This document shows positions 1 to 13,676 of a stretch of 64,000 nt of DNA, in pieces. The translations under genes were made by a program, and so were the position numbers. Source of the DNA: Octopus vulgaris. Lineage: Eukaryota. Under the pieces are notes generated by a model. The model saw nothing but the letters and a program-made list of their open reading frames with translations, was not told the DNA's origin and searched no databases. Every line of letters starts with the position of its first letter. Position 1 is the stretch's first letter. The stretch spans positions 71,672,001 to 71,736,000 of the forward strand of contig OX597817.1 in the NCBI GenBank assembly GCA_951406725.2. The letters are read 5' to 3'.

Positions 1-978
1 GAAGTTGATGTAATTGACTTACCCCTTTCTCTAAATTGCTGGCCTTGTGCCAAAGTTTGAAAGCAATATTAAATCATGTCTAGTTAAAGAGATCTATCAA
101 TATACATAAAAAAAATTCATTCAAAAGATCACGAAACGGCCAGCTGCTAGAGTCGTTAGAGCGATGGACAAAATGCTTAGAGGTTGAAATCCTCTGAAAC
201 TGGCCTTTCATCTTTCCTGGGTCGATGGTTTGGCACTGGGGTTGATGCAATCAACTTGTCCTCCCACCAAAGTTGCTGGTTTTGTGCCAAAATTTGACGC
301 CAATTAAAAGATCATATCATTGAAAACTTAATGTGCAATTTCCAATATTTTGAACGGTAGAAATTAGTTTGTTTCGCGTTTAAAATTGTTTATATTCTTA
401 AAATACTGTGCTATTAAACTCTAATACAGTTAAAATTTATAATACTGTTAAAATTTATAAAATTTGCAATACTTTCGAGCATGTTTAAAAGTTAACAGTT
501 CGACTTCTAACTCATAAAACATGAATAATTTAGAAATATAACTTTAGAAATGAAACAAAAAAAAACAAAAAAAACGAAAGAACTATTTTCTATGATCCAT
601 AATATTTAAAATGACGTACTAATATTTAAGTGTGGTATTTTAATGATGGCAGCGTTCCAAAATATGTACTACGTGTATGCGTATGTGCGCGATATGTATC
701 TATGAATGCGTATGTATATATACGAACGGGTGCTGAAAAGTTTGTAGCGAGAACAAGTTGTGTTGTTGCATTAAAAGATCATTAAGTTTTGTTTATATAT
801 GTAGCGATCGTGTAATTGGTGGCTCACCACACCAATTTGTTGTGATTAGCTAAAACATGAGTTTTTGGTTAATTATTGAGCTCTGTGTCATGTGATCAGT
901 TAAATGTTGCGCAGTAATTGCATTGAAAGTCCAATTACGTTTCGCGTGTATCATATTTTAAGCGACAATTTCTATATG

Positions 979-1283
979 TGTTATGGATCCCACTGTTCCC
1001 TTTAAATTGGTTCGACAATCATTTCACCCTGAGAGAGGTGAGAGCTGTCACAGAGACGAGTTGCAGGAACCAACCGTCCAGAGAAGAATCGACACACAAA
1101 GAAGTCATTTAACCAATGATGGATAAGCTTAATTACCATTATGATAGAGAAATGACAAACCTACAGAACTTAATGCTTTCATTGTGTCCGGACTATTGTG
1201 CACATATTACGAAGGAATAAAGACTCAATGTTTATTTTCAAGACTGCTTCTCTTATTCATTCATATTCATCGAACCCGTAACA
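979..1283 (+). mobile_element. Putative solo LTR (~305 bp)
   Basis: TGTTATGGATCC...GAACCCGTAACA imperfect 12-bp terminal IR with TG..CA ends, AATAAA near 1217. No TSD seen. Confidence 0.45.
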
Positions 1284-1300
1284 AAATATTGTTCCACTGC

Positions 1301-1383
1301 AATATTTAGTTTATATCTTCAGTTTCGTTCCATAGTTAATAATATTTCGTTTATATCTTCGATTTCGTTCCATAGTTAATAAT
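1301..1383. repeat. 40-bp tandem duplication
   Basis: aatattt(a/c)gtttatatcttc..tttcgttccatagttaat at 1301 and 1341. Confidence 0.9.
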
Positions 1384-1879
1384 TTGTTTAAAGCATTTGA
1401 TATATACATTATTATTTCTTTTAACACATTTTTAATAATTGTAATGATTGAGAAGTCTGTGTAGAACTCTCTAGAGAGCTTCCCGCCTTGACGTAAAGAT
1501 AAAATGAGAAGATAATATCTTTCAAGTTAGAATAGGTGACAAGTGTATAATAAAGAATGATGTTCTCCCAAGCGAGATACTTTTTGGAACGAGGTATTCT
1601 AAAAAGTATAGCATCTTCAGAACTAACTATGTGGGTTTTATACCATCTTCAGAACTATGTGGGCTTTATACTATCTCCAGAATCAAATGCTCGAGAAAAA
1701 AACAACATTTTACAAGAAATCAGGTATTTCTTGATTTTTATTATTTTCCATTAAGCTTATAATTTTTACTGAAGCTGGAATTTCCACGCTACACCAGCAA
1801 CAATTGCTGCAGTTGCTGCTGCTGTTACCACTACTACTGCAACTGCTTTGGTAATCAACTACTACATATATTAAATATG

Positions 1880-1922
<43 letters not shown>

Positions 1923-3252
1923 ATATTTGTACATATATACATCTATATGCATATATAATTATATATATGACTATATATCATATAAATGAATAATGCATAT
2001 CATATATATGTGTGTGTGCACTATATAATACACACACATACATAGTATTATAGGATTTAATTTTCCATTTGTTGCAAAAATACTTTTGTTCAAAAGCATT
2101 TATCTAGAAGGTCAATAAAAATGGAGAAGTATCTGATTTAGAGCAATGCTATATTGATACAGAATTACAGCTAAAATGAAACACTAAAAGTGATACTCAA
2201 GCTACATATTGAAATAATTAAGTATATTTCCTATATCTCCTCCAAAGATATATAACATGAAACAAGAGTGATTACTTAACTACATAACGCATATAAAACT
2301 AAGAAATATTAATATTTCTAAGTCTCTCTAAAGGAGACTACGGCAGCGGTACTGGATATTTATAGTTATCGCCAAGCTAATATGGCAGTCCAGAAATATT
2401 GGACGAATGCTGCCGTTGATTAGCATAGCAAACTAATCCTGATTTAAGTCAGCCCACAATCAAAATTGTTCAAGCCATGAACAGACGGTCAAATTTTTGA
2501 TATGATGTATTTGGCTCTACATGATTCAATGTATGTGTCCTTTGATTTTCAAGACAGTAGCGTATGATTTACATGAGATACCGTTGCTATTCTAATACAT
2601 CAAGCCATCACCTAGAGACTCTACAGTTGACGGATGTTGTAAATACCATTGTTATTTTTTCGTTCTAGGCCAGTCCTGATAGAGATGATCTAAGACCTAA
2701 GGCATCCCAGTCATGAGCAGCGCCATATTTTTTTCAGGATATAAGTTTCCTAACGACCACATGGCGTATAAACTCTGTTGCTCTCTATGGTGCCTGTGAT
2801 ATATCTTTTAGGATGTGATTCTTTCAGCGATAGCCGTTAAGGCTATTGTTAATAACTAGCAGCTATTGCTACACTAAGTGCATTCCAGCTCTTACCAAAT
2901 GTAAACAATTTGAAAGAGGAATAAATAACTAAACAAATTAAATTGCTGAACAGAAATTCCATCAATATTTTAAATTGTTGACATTAAGAAATTGAAAAGT
3001 AACACTTGCAAATTATATATCCGTAACTAAAACACTTTACTTCGTTTATGTCTTTTGGGACATACATACACACACACAAACATATACACACACGCAGAAG
3101 CACACGCACAGACACATACACGCACACAGAAACACGTTGTATGAATTGTTTTCATTCCATTAGTTTAAAACTGTTACGTTATATCGCTACTAAATCTACT
3201 TTAACGAGCACTTTGCTAAGTTCCTGCATTCCCTGTGTATTTTGAAATAAAA

Positions 3253-3355
<103 letters not shown>

Positions 3356-3512
3356 CCTTGCTTCTAAAGGCACAAGGTCTGATATTTTGGCGGAGGGTAT
3401 TAATCGAATACATCGACCCCAGTGTTTCACTGGTACTTAATTTATCGACCCCGAAAGGATGGAAGGCAAAGTTGACCTCGGCGGAATTTGAAGACAGTAC
3501 GTAGCGACGGGC
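3356..3512 (-). mobile_element. SINE family A (GGCGGCGAGCTGGCAG-headed), 5'-truncated
   Basis: Reverse complement of the ttcaaattccgccgaggtc..ctttgccttccatcctttcggggtcgataaattaagtaccag core seen at 7504. Confidence 0.85.
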
Positions 3513-3526
3513 TTTCGCCTCTAAGA

Positions 3527-4150
3527 ATTTTGCCCGGACAGTGAAACTGTCCTGCACGCGATTGTGCAATGCCCCAAGGTGACTGAGCTCTGGGCTTATG
3601 TCGAACACCTGCTGTTGCATTTGAGAAGAGTACAACTGTGGAGCGAATCTGTAATTAAGATCGCTCCGCCGACTTCCCTGAATAGGGAAGCGCGAGCCTG
3701 TTTTCTCTCGGTAGTTGCTGTTGCGAAAGAGGTAGTATGGAAGACGAGAGTGAAAGGAATTGCCACAGGCATGTTCCTCTCCAGTCTCGAGCTAATCGAT
3801 TTTTTCGTTTTCCACATGAAACGGAAAATAAGGCTGGAAAAGAAATGCCTGTCGCAAAGTGTGTTTCGTAAAAGATGGAAGTCTATAGCAAGTATGTTGC
3901 GAGTGAAAGAAACTGTTTAAACGAGAATATAAAAAGAAGAAAGCAAAGTCTTCAGTGTGAGTATGTGGTTTGTGTGGTCGACCGCGTCCTCCGCCTCATT
4001 TTGTGTAAATCACTCATTCTATTTAATTGTATATATTTTAATTGTTTGTTTATTCATATGTTTCGTCTCATTCGATACCGTGACCCAATGTTTGTTTTGT
4101 CTGTCCTCGTATCGTCCCCTCTTTTTCTCAACCTCATGGTTAATAAGGAA
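3527..4150 (+). mobile_element. L1/Tx1-clade LINE 3' end (ORF2 C-terminal zinc-binding region plus 3' UTR)
   Basis: CPDSETVLHAIVQCPKVTELWAYVE...AKEVVWKTR...RKRWK matches the ORF2 C-terminal ET..H...C..V...W motif. Homologous to 23820-24145. Confidence 0.75.
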
Positions 4151-4374
4151 ATTGAATGTAATTGTTTTAGTTGTGTCTTCAAGCTCTTTCTCACTCTCTC
4201 TCTTTCTCTCTCTTGCTATTAAAACAATAAATGTCCAAAATTATTCAGTGTTTCAATTGAAAAAAACACACGAATGTATTAGTTTTTGTTTAGGATACGG
4301 TATCCGATATTTGCTGTGGTTGAAAACACAAAACACCTTCCTTTGAATCACCACTCACTCCTTTCTCATATATG

Positions 4375-4552
4375 ATAGATCGCTAGCCACAACACATTCT
4401 TTATTTCCTCTCCCTGTTTCTTTCTGAGCTCCTTTCTGTGGAAGAGCGTAGGCTCGAAACGTTAAAGACTTTTCACTTCCCGCGAGTTAAACTAATACAT
4501 CTGTTTGTTTTCTACACCACCTGTCTTTGTCGTTTGTTTTTTGTAAATTCTC
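4375..4552 (+). mobile_element. Penelope-like pseudo-LTR fragment with hammerhead-like motif
   Basis: Same sequence family as the 3' end of the GIY-YIG element (59560-59750). Motif CTGTGGAAGAGCGTAGGCTCGAAACG at 4436-4461. Confidence 0.65.
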
Positions 4553-4560
4553 TCTCTCTC

Positions 4561-4626
<66 letters not shown>

Positions 4627-4907
4627 TATATTTATAAAAAGTGTAGGTGGCATATATTTATAAATAATAAGTTTGAAAACGCCACTATATAAGATAAATT
4701 TTAACTTTCTGCGAGATTTTACATGGTTCGGTTCTTGAAAAAACGAAGCTTATCAAGAATATATATTTTTAAAAGTTAAGTGTAATAAAAGAAAAGTTCA
4801 TAATTATTTCTTAGTAGTCTCAACAGAGTCCCCGTGGTGATGTTTTGTATGTGGGAACATAATGGCTGTCTTGTGCGTTGACTAGAATCGTTGGCTGTAA
4901 TAGTGAA

Positions 4908-5051
4908 AGTGACCGTTAGGTGTAATAACAGTAGTAGTAGAGATCGTTGGTCGTCGCAGTAGTAGTAGCAGAGACCGTTGGTCGTCGTAGTAGTAGTTTA
5001 GTGGGATAGAACCAAAGGTCTCTACTACTGCTATTACGGCCAACGGTCACT
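4908..5051. mobile_element. Short foldback element with internal ~30-bp subrepeats
   Basis: agtgaccgttaggtgtaataacagtagtag.. is an imperfect inverted copy of ..ctactactgctattacggccaacggtcact. Internal ga(t/c)cgttggtcgtcg(c/t)agtagtagt occurs twice. Confidence 0.6.
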
Positions 5052-5108
5052 ATATATATAGATAGATGGATAGATATACACACACAATTGATACCTACAT
5101 ACACATAC

Positions 5109-5181
<73 letters not shown>

Positions 5182-5305
5182 GTACATATGCACACATTCG
5201 TGCAAAAATGCGTACTGAGAAATACATACGTACGTATATACATAAATACATACATATATAAATAAATATATACAAATATATACATATTTGTGTATGTTTA
5301 TATGT

Positions 5306-6015
5306 ACTTATATACGCATGAAATTGAGAAATAGTAAATTCACCATACATGTGTGTGTGTGTGCGTATCGTTGCATTCTTTTTTGTCTTGAGGTTCACAG
5401 CCAAACGGCTGAGTGGATTCGCGTGAAAATTGTCACTTATGTGGAGACGGGTGCATATATTGGAATGCGGTTTGTATTTTTCCGAGCCCCCATAGTTACC
5501 GAGAAAATTGATTAAAACTTTTCTAATAGAATTCTCCTATTTGTTCCGCCAGTAAAACAACCAGTTTCTCGCATAGCCGGCATATACCATTTCGCTAACA
5601 ACAAGGAGAGTACAGGATGACAGTCAGCCAAAACTTTCGCTATGCTGTCTCTCTTCTTTTACCTCTTTGTGGGGGTTGATAATCTTAATATTTAGTTACA
5701 GTTTCTCAGTGAAACTACATAATAGGCAGAATTGTCGGATTAAGATAGTAGGGTGTTTTGATGGAGATTTGGCTGCTATTTCTACCAGGTCTAGCTATGT
5801 ATGGACTTAATTTTCATTCAGCTTATTTCCATTTCAAAAATTTAACATGATCTTTTCCATAAATCAACTATCGTAAAAATTTTATAAGATGACCTCACAT
5901 TTTCTATGTATGTGTGTGTACCGTAAAATACGTCAATCATCACGACGCACACCTTCACTCACTCACTCTATCTCTCTTTCTCACCCTCTTTCTCGCTCAC
6001 ATACACATGCGCAAG

Positions 6016-6062
<47 letters not shown>

Positions 6063-6367
6063 ACATCACACAAACATACACACACACGTCCATTTCATAT
6101 ATCTTCTTTCAGTTTCTGCTCTCTGCAAATGAAATTTTTTTATGGATACAACTGCTTACAAAAATAGGGATTAATGTATAATTTCTTTCTATGTTCATAA
6201 TTAAATCAATGTTTTAATGATTAGACAGAGGTCCCATAGAATAGCTCTCAGAAACAGACTACGTACAAATACGTCAGTCATCATGACACACACCTTCACT
6301 CACTCACTCTATCTCTCTTTCTCATCATCTTTCTCTCTCACATACACACGCGCGAGCAGGCAGGCAG

Positions 6368-6453
<86 letters not shown>

Positions 6454-6791
6454 GTCCATTTCATATATATTTTTTCAATTTCTGCTCTCTGCAAATAAAA
6501 CTTTTACGGATACAACTGCTTACAATTAATTAAATCAATGTTTTAATGATTAGACAGAGGTCCAATAAAAGAGCTCTCACAAACAGACTACGTACAATTT
6601 CGTACTTCACAACTCCTGAAGCTGTTTTCTAACAAGGGGGCGGGAGTCAGGAAATGCTTATACAACTGGAGGCTCCAATCGAAACAAGAGACCCGATATC
6701 ATAAGGTTGAGAAACGCTGTTATATGCCTAACCGAAAACGATCGCAGCCACATCATCCAAACAGACCGGGTGAAACCGGGCTTAACTGCTA

Positions 6792-6792
<1 letters not shown>
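5306..6792 (+). mobile_element. Non-autonomous Helitron-like element with internal ~340-bp tandem duplication
   Basis: 3' end ACCGGGTGAAACCGGGcttaactgCTAG|T (GC hairpin plus CTAG). The 5' region has the AAACGGCTG..GGATT..TGAAA motif typical of small Helitrons. The 5' boundary is uncertain. Confidence 0.55.
5921..6598. repeat. Two diverged ~340-bp tandem units, each carrying a CA-rich microsatellite
   Basis: aatacgtca.tcatca.gac.cacaccttcactcactcactctatctctc and aattaaatcaatgttttaatgattagacagaggtcc each occur twice. Confidence 0.85.
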
Positions 6793-6843
<51 letters not shown>

Positions 6844-6932
6844 GTGCTCATTCAATTACACAACTTTACGCAACCATCAGTTATATATATATATATATAT
6901 ATATATACATGTCTCTGTGTGCATATCTAGAA

Positions 6933-6966
<34 letters not shown>

Positions 6967-7009
6967 GTATATATCTACATATCTACATATGTACATATAC
7001 GTACATATA

Positions 7010-7101
<92 letters not shown>

Positions 7102-7503
7102 GCTCGATGTGTCTACGTATACATGTATGTGAGTATGTATGTATAAACCACACACACACTCCCGCACGCAGATTCTGACGCACAGAAACTTATCTGTATT
7201 CGTAAGTATTCGAAATAATTAATTTGGTTGCCTAACTGTTTTCACGCAATATCTTTTTAACTGATTACTTTTACGTTGCATACACAGAAATTCTTTAATA
7301 AATATCAAATAAATAAACTTAATTAAATGAAATATTAATAAACGACATACCTTTGAAAAGTAATTTGAAGTTTTAGCTGTATACAAAGTAAAATAGCACG
7401 TGTTATTAATATCATTTAACTATCCAAAGTTTGAAGAATTAGCGGAATACAGCACTGACATGATAGACTAAATGTTGGGAGGTATCTAACTATAAGCCCT
7501 TTA

Positions 7504-7733
7504 AGGCGGCGAGCTGGCAGAAACGTTAGCACGCCGGGCGAAATGCGTAGCCGTATTTCGTCTGCCGTTACGTTCTGAGTTCAAATTCCGTCGAGGTCGA
7601 CTTGCCTTTCATCCTTTCGGGGTCGATAAATTAAGTACCAGTTACGCACTGGGGTCGATGTAATCGACTTAATCCGTTTGTCTGTCCTTGTTTGTCCTCT
7701 CTGTGTGTAGCTCCTTGTGGGCAATAAAGAAAT
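7504..7733 (+). mobile_element. SINE family A, young copy with 24-bp flanking direct repeat (TSD)
   Basis: AGGTATCTAACTATAAGCCCTTTA at 7480-7503 and 7734-7757. Pol III-like A box (TGGCAGAAACG) and B box (GAGTTCAAATTCC). Confidence 0.9.
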
Positions 7734-7944
7734 AGGTATCTAACTATAAGCCCTTTATATACTGAGTACAATTCCAGCCAGAGATGGTACTGAGTTTGCT
7801 TTATCCTCTAGAGTGTAGTAAATAAATTATCCTAAACACAATATCTTATAAATTACCAGCTGGTATTATATAAGTTAGAAACTTGCACACTCATTCATAT
7901 ACACAAATTTACACATATTTAAGGAAATATATTTCATGTAATTG

Positions 7945-8390
<446 letters not shown>

Positions 8391-8545
8391 TGTCTAAGGA
8401 TAGATTTTTGTTAAGTAGAGTAAACAAGTTTTTCTTTGTTTTTGAAAACCAGAAATGACACGGACCTTTTGTAAGGAAATTCTCGTATTGTGTGTAATAG
8501 CTTTCATTATTCAGCTTTTCTGGACTAATCTGCATAAAGAATATA

Positions 8546-8780
8546 CAGTAATATCTCGCCATATTGCGGTTCACCTATTGCGGTTCACCTATTGCGGTTT
8601 ATTGTTTAAGCTTACGTCGATTCCTCCGTGGTGTTGTTTTGCTTTTATGATAAAATAAATATATACAAATTATAAAAATAATTAAAAAATATACAATACA
8701 GTACTGTTTCTAATTCGCGGATTTTCACCTATCGTGTAGTGTTTTGGAACGTAACACCCGCGATAGTCGAGGGATTACTG
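8546..8780. mobile_element. pogo/Tigger-like MITE (copy 1)
   Basis: TA|CAGTAATATCTCG...CGAGGGATTACTG|TA imperfect TIRs with TA TSD. Confidence 0.8.
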
Positions 8781-9304
8781 TAAACAAGATTCCTCTGTTC
8801 ACGCTCTAGTGGTGTGCTTTACATGCATTGCCTGTAAGATTTTCTCTCTTATGTCAGTTTTCGCAGCAGAGTTCTTTCTGCGCTTGATTGTATACACACG
8901 TGCGTTAGCTATAATTGTACACAACTGTTTTTCAATCATCGCTGCTTAGTGTTCCTTTAATTAATTAATTCCAGTTTGACAAACCTTTAAATACAACAGC
9001 AAACATTTTATTTGCAGTTTAACTGTAAGAACGGCAATTATCTGTGATTGACAATTTCGATACCCGTAACTGATGAAGTGTAATAAAGTAGAAACACGTG
9101 TTTCATAGCCTAGATGTATTTTTTTTTACATACATTGTCTATAAAGAGAATTTTTCATCCGATATAGCTTTAACAGCGGTCTTTCTATGCTTGAGTATAC
9201 ACGAATATCTTAAATAGAATGGTACTGATATTATACTACAAATCACACAGACAATATATATTTGTTACTGTGGTGTACCCTAGTATACAAATAAATATTT
9301 TTAA

Positions 9305-9347
<43 letters not shown>

Positions 9348-10126
9348 GATATATATATATATTTAAGTATACATATGTATTTGTTTACAAATATTTATTT
9401 GTATAGAAGGGTACACCACAATAAGAAATCTAATGATGTGAATGCATTGGTGTGGGTGTGTTTATTAGAAATTGAAACTTCCAAATGCGTAATCGAATTT
9501 TTGATATCTTGAAGGTAATCTTCAGACATCTATTAGATATAATAAGCACACACACATCGACTAAAAACAACTCGAAAATGTCGCAAAGCGCATACGTGAA
9601 AGTAGGCGCATATACCTGCGTGGATACACCGAAAAACTATTAAATTTTAAAAAAAAATATTCTCAATAAAGCAAACAATGATAAATTTGCTGATTTCAGA
9701 AAAGTATTTCTTCTTTACTGAATTATGAATTAACACACAATAATTTAAATATTCGATTTCTTCTTCACAAAAATTCTATTCAATCTCACACTAAAAGTCT
9801 AGCAAGAGATTCGTGCCTCCAAATATGTAACCAATATCTAATATATCTTATCAGACGTATATATCTCGTAGCCGAAAGGGAAGCTGTCGTTGCTGTCTCT
9901 GTCTCGCTACTATAGAATCAGATTCTAGTGCATAATATATTGTCTGTCATCTGGAATGTTATAAAGCAAACACTCGTATCTCTTTCCATCTTTATATTCA
10001 TACACACGACGGTACGTATTTGTGTGCTCGGGTAGTTCATGAATATGTATGTATATATGTATGTATACAAACACACATACACATACATATGTAAGTATGC
10101 ATATGGTGTGTGTGTGTGAGTGTAAA

Positions 10127-10328
10127 CCTAAAAAGAGGTTTAAGGACTATCATAAAGTCACTTGGAATGAATCCAAAGGCCATAGAAACCCTTGCTTCGA
10201 ATGGAGCTGGATGGCGAACAAAAGTGTGGAATGGAGTGAAAGCGTTTGAGGAGGCCAGGATAAAATATGCAAAGACTCAAGAGAGATTTCAAGAAGAATG
10301 TTGCGATCGAAAAGGTGAATCTCAGTGA
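10127..10328 (+). mobile_element. RTE-clade LINE ORF C-terminal remnant (duplicated at 12873-13074)
   Basis: PKKRFKD.. then LGMNPKAIETLASNGAGWRTKVWNGVKAFEEAR resembles the RTE 'KRFKD..E.LA.DR..WR..V..G..FE..R' motif. Confidence 0.65.
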
Positions 10329-10349
10329 CCTTCTTGATAAATGTATTAT

Positions 10350-10790
10350 AGAGACCTGGTCCCACTAAATTTGAGGAGGCTCCATTGGCCACCACTGCCT
10401 GACTTCTATCTTTCAGGAAGTCATGTAACTCTCCAAGTTTTCCAGCTATACCAAAATCACGCAGTTTGCGATATGGCAAAGTCAAGGAATATTACGTCCA
10501 TATTTGAGTTGTTGATTTACTGCTTAAAAAACCCAGTCATAGTACAGTGGGAGCTGTGTCAGGCAGTTCCTACCTGACGAAAACCATGCTGGGTATCACT
10601 CAGCAAGTCGTTTTCTTCAAGGAATGGGATTAGTTTCCCTCTGACTATTCGTTCCATGACGTTTCTCATGTGTGAAGTCAGAGAGATAAGCCTATAATTT
10701 TTGGCATCTGCTCTGCTTCCTCTTTTATGGATTGGGCATGTTATTCCCCCCTTCAGTTTGCTTAGCAGCTTACTTTGATTTTATTCTAAT
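10350..10790 (-). mobile_element. CR1/L2/Jockey-group reverse transcriptase remnant (duplicated at ~13096-13535)
   Basis: KNYRLISLTSHMRNVMERIV..EENDLLSDTQHGFR..CLTQL and GIAGKLGE.LHDFLKDRSQAVVANGASS, with frameshifts. Confidence 0.8.
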
Positions 10791-10842
10791 ACGGGGCTGA
10801 CTTGGTGCTTCAACTTAAGTACCCAATTCAATTGAATTTAAA

Positions 10843-10940
<98 letters not shown>

Positions 10941-11293
10941 ATTCGTGCTCATTTGTGTGTGTGTGTCTTTGAGTCTGTGTTTGTCTCCTATCACCGATTG
11001 ACAACCGTTGTTAGTGTGCTAACGTCTCCGTAACCTAGAAGTTCAGTAGAGAGACCGATAGAATAAATAGGAAATTCCTCAAGTCAGTGCCCCAGCATGG
11101 CTGAAGTCTAATGACTGAATCAAGTAGAATATAGAAGATGTCTAAGGATAGATTTTTGTTAAGTAGAGTAAACAAGTTTTTCTTTGTTTTTGAAAACCAG
11201 AAATGACACGGACCTTTTGTAAGGAAATTCTCGTATTGTGTGTAATAGCTTTCATTATTCAGCTTTTCTGGACTAATCTGCATAAAGAATATA

Positions 11294-11528
11294 CAGTAAT
11301 ATCTCGCCATATTGCGGTTCACCTATTGCGGTTCACCTATTGCGGTTTATTGTTTAAGCTTACGTCGATTCCTCCGTGGTGTTGTTTTGCTTTTATGATA
11401 AAATAAATATATACAAATTATAAAAATAATTAAAAAATATACAATACAGTACTGTTTCTAATTCGCGGATTTTCACCTATCGTGTAGTGTTTTGGAACGT
11501 AACACCCGCGATAGTCGAGGGATTACTG
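11294..11528. mobile_element. pogo/Tigger-like MITE (copy 2, within the duplication)
   Basis: Same sequence as 8546-8780. Confidence 0.8.
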
Positions 11529-12051
11529 TAAACAAGATTCCTCTGTTCACGCTCTAGTGGTGTGCTTTACATGCATTGCCTGTAAGATTTTCTCTCTTAT
11601 GTCAGTTTTCGCAGCAGAGTTCTTTCTGCGCTTGATTGTATACACACGTGCGTTAGCTATAATTGTACACAACTGTTTTTCAATCATCGCTGCTTAGTGT
11701 TCCTTTAATTAATTAATTCCAGTTTGACAAACCTTTAAATACAACAGCAAACATTTTATTTGCAGTTTAACTGTAAGAACGGCAATTATCTGTGATTGAC
11801 AATTTCGATACCCGTAACTGATGAAGTGTAATAAAGTAGAAACACGTGTTTCATAGCCTAGATGTATTTTTTTTACATACATTGTCTATAAAGAGAATTT
11901 TTCATCCGATATAGCTTTAACAGCGGTCTTTCTATGCTTGAGTATACACGAATATCTTAAATAGAATGGTACTGATATTATACTACAAATCACACAGACA
12001 ATATATATTTGTTACTGTGGTGTACCCTAGTATACAAATAAATATTTTTAA

Positions 12052-12094
<43 letters not shown>

Positions 12095-13594
12095 GATATA
12101 TATATATATTTAAGTATACATATGTATTTGTTTACAAATATTTATTTGTATAGAAGGGTACACCACAATAAGAAATCTAATGATGTGAATGCATTGGTGT
12201 GGGTGTGTTTATTAGAAATTGAAACTTCCAAATGCGTAATCGAATTTTTGATATCTTGAAGGTAATCTTCAGACATCTATTAGATATAATAAGCACACAC
12301 ACATCGACTAAAAACAACTCGAAAATGTCGCAAAGCGCATACGTGAAAGTAGGCGCATATACCTGCGTGGATACACCGAAAAACTATTAAATTTAAAAAA
12401 AAATATTCTCAATAAAGCAAACAATGATAAATTTGCTGATTTCAGAAAAGTATTTCTTCTTTACTGAATTATGAATTAACACACAATAATTTAAATATTC
12501 GATTTCTTCTTCACAAAAATTCTATTCAATCTCACACTAAAAGTCTAGCAAGAGATTCGTGCCTCCAAATATGTAACCAATATCTAATATATCTTATCAG
12601 ACGTATATATCTCGTAGCCGAAAGGGAAGCTGTCGTTGCTGTCTCTGTCTCGCTACTATAGAATCAGATTCTAGTGCATAATATATTGTCTGTCATCTGG
12701 AATGTTATAAAGCAAACACTCGTATCTCTTTCCATCTTTATATTCATACACACGACGGTACGTATTTGTGTGCTCGGGTAGTTCATGAATATGTATGTAT
12801 ATATGTATGTATACAAACACACATACACATACATATGTAAGTATGCATATGGTGTGTGTGTGTGAGTGTAAACCTAAAAAGAGGTTTAAGGACTATCATA
12901 AAGTCACTTGGAATGAATCCAAAGGCCATAGAAACCCTTGCTTCGAATGGAGCTGGATGGCGAACAAAAGTGTGGAATGGAGTGAAAGCGTTTGAGGAGG
13001 CCAGGATAAAATATGCAAAGACTCAAGAGAGATTTCAAGAAGAATGTTGCGATCGAAAAGGTGAATCTCAGTGACCTTCTTGATAAATGTATTATAGAGA
13101 CCTGGTCCCACTAAATTTGAGGAGGCTCCATTGGCCACCACTGCCTGACTTCTATCTTTCAGGAAGTCATGTAACTCTCCAAGTTTTCCAGCTATACCAA
13201 AATCACGCAGTTTGCGATATGGCAAAGTCAAGGAATATTACGTCCATATTTGAGTTGTTGATTTACTGCTTAAAAACCCAGTCATAGTACAGTGGGAGCT
13301 GTGTCAGGCAGTTCCTACCTGACGAAAACCATGCTGGGTATCACTCAGCAAGTCGTTTTCTTCAAGGAATGGGATTAGTTTCCCTCTGACTATTCGTTCC
13401 ATGACGTTTCTCATGTGTGAAGTCAGAGAGATAAGCCTATAATTTTTGGCATCTGCTCTGCTTCCTCTTTTATGGATTGGGCATGTTATTCCCCCTTCAG
13501 TTTGCTTAGCAGCTTACTTTGATTTTATTCTAATACGGGGCTGACTTGGTGCTTCAACTTAAGTACCCAATTCAATTGAATTTAAATTATTTAT

Positions 13595-13647
<53 letters not shown>

Positions 13648-13676
13648 CGAGAAAGAAGCAACAAGAATGGATAGGT

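Larger units (their letters stand above)
743..1793. mobile_element. Possible solo LTR (TGTAGCG...CGCTACA) containing a nested smaller LTR-like unit
   Basis: 7-bp terminal inverted repeat TGTAGCG (743, again at 800) / CGCTACA (1787-1793) with TG..CA ends. It abuts a mariner-MITE-like terminus (721-742). No clear TSD. Confidence 0.35.

Noticed and set aside
9070-9104. CTGATGA..GAAACACGTGTTTC hammerhead-like motif (also at 11818)
   Set aside because: Core and palindromic stem III are present but stems I and II cannot form. At most a dead remnant.
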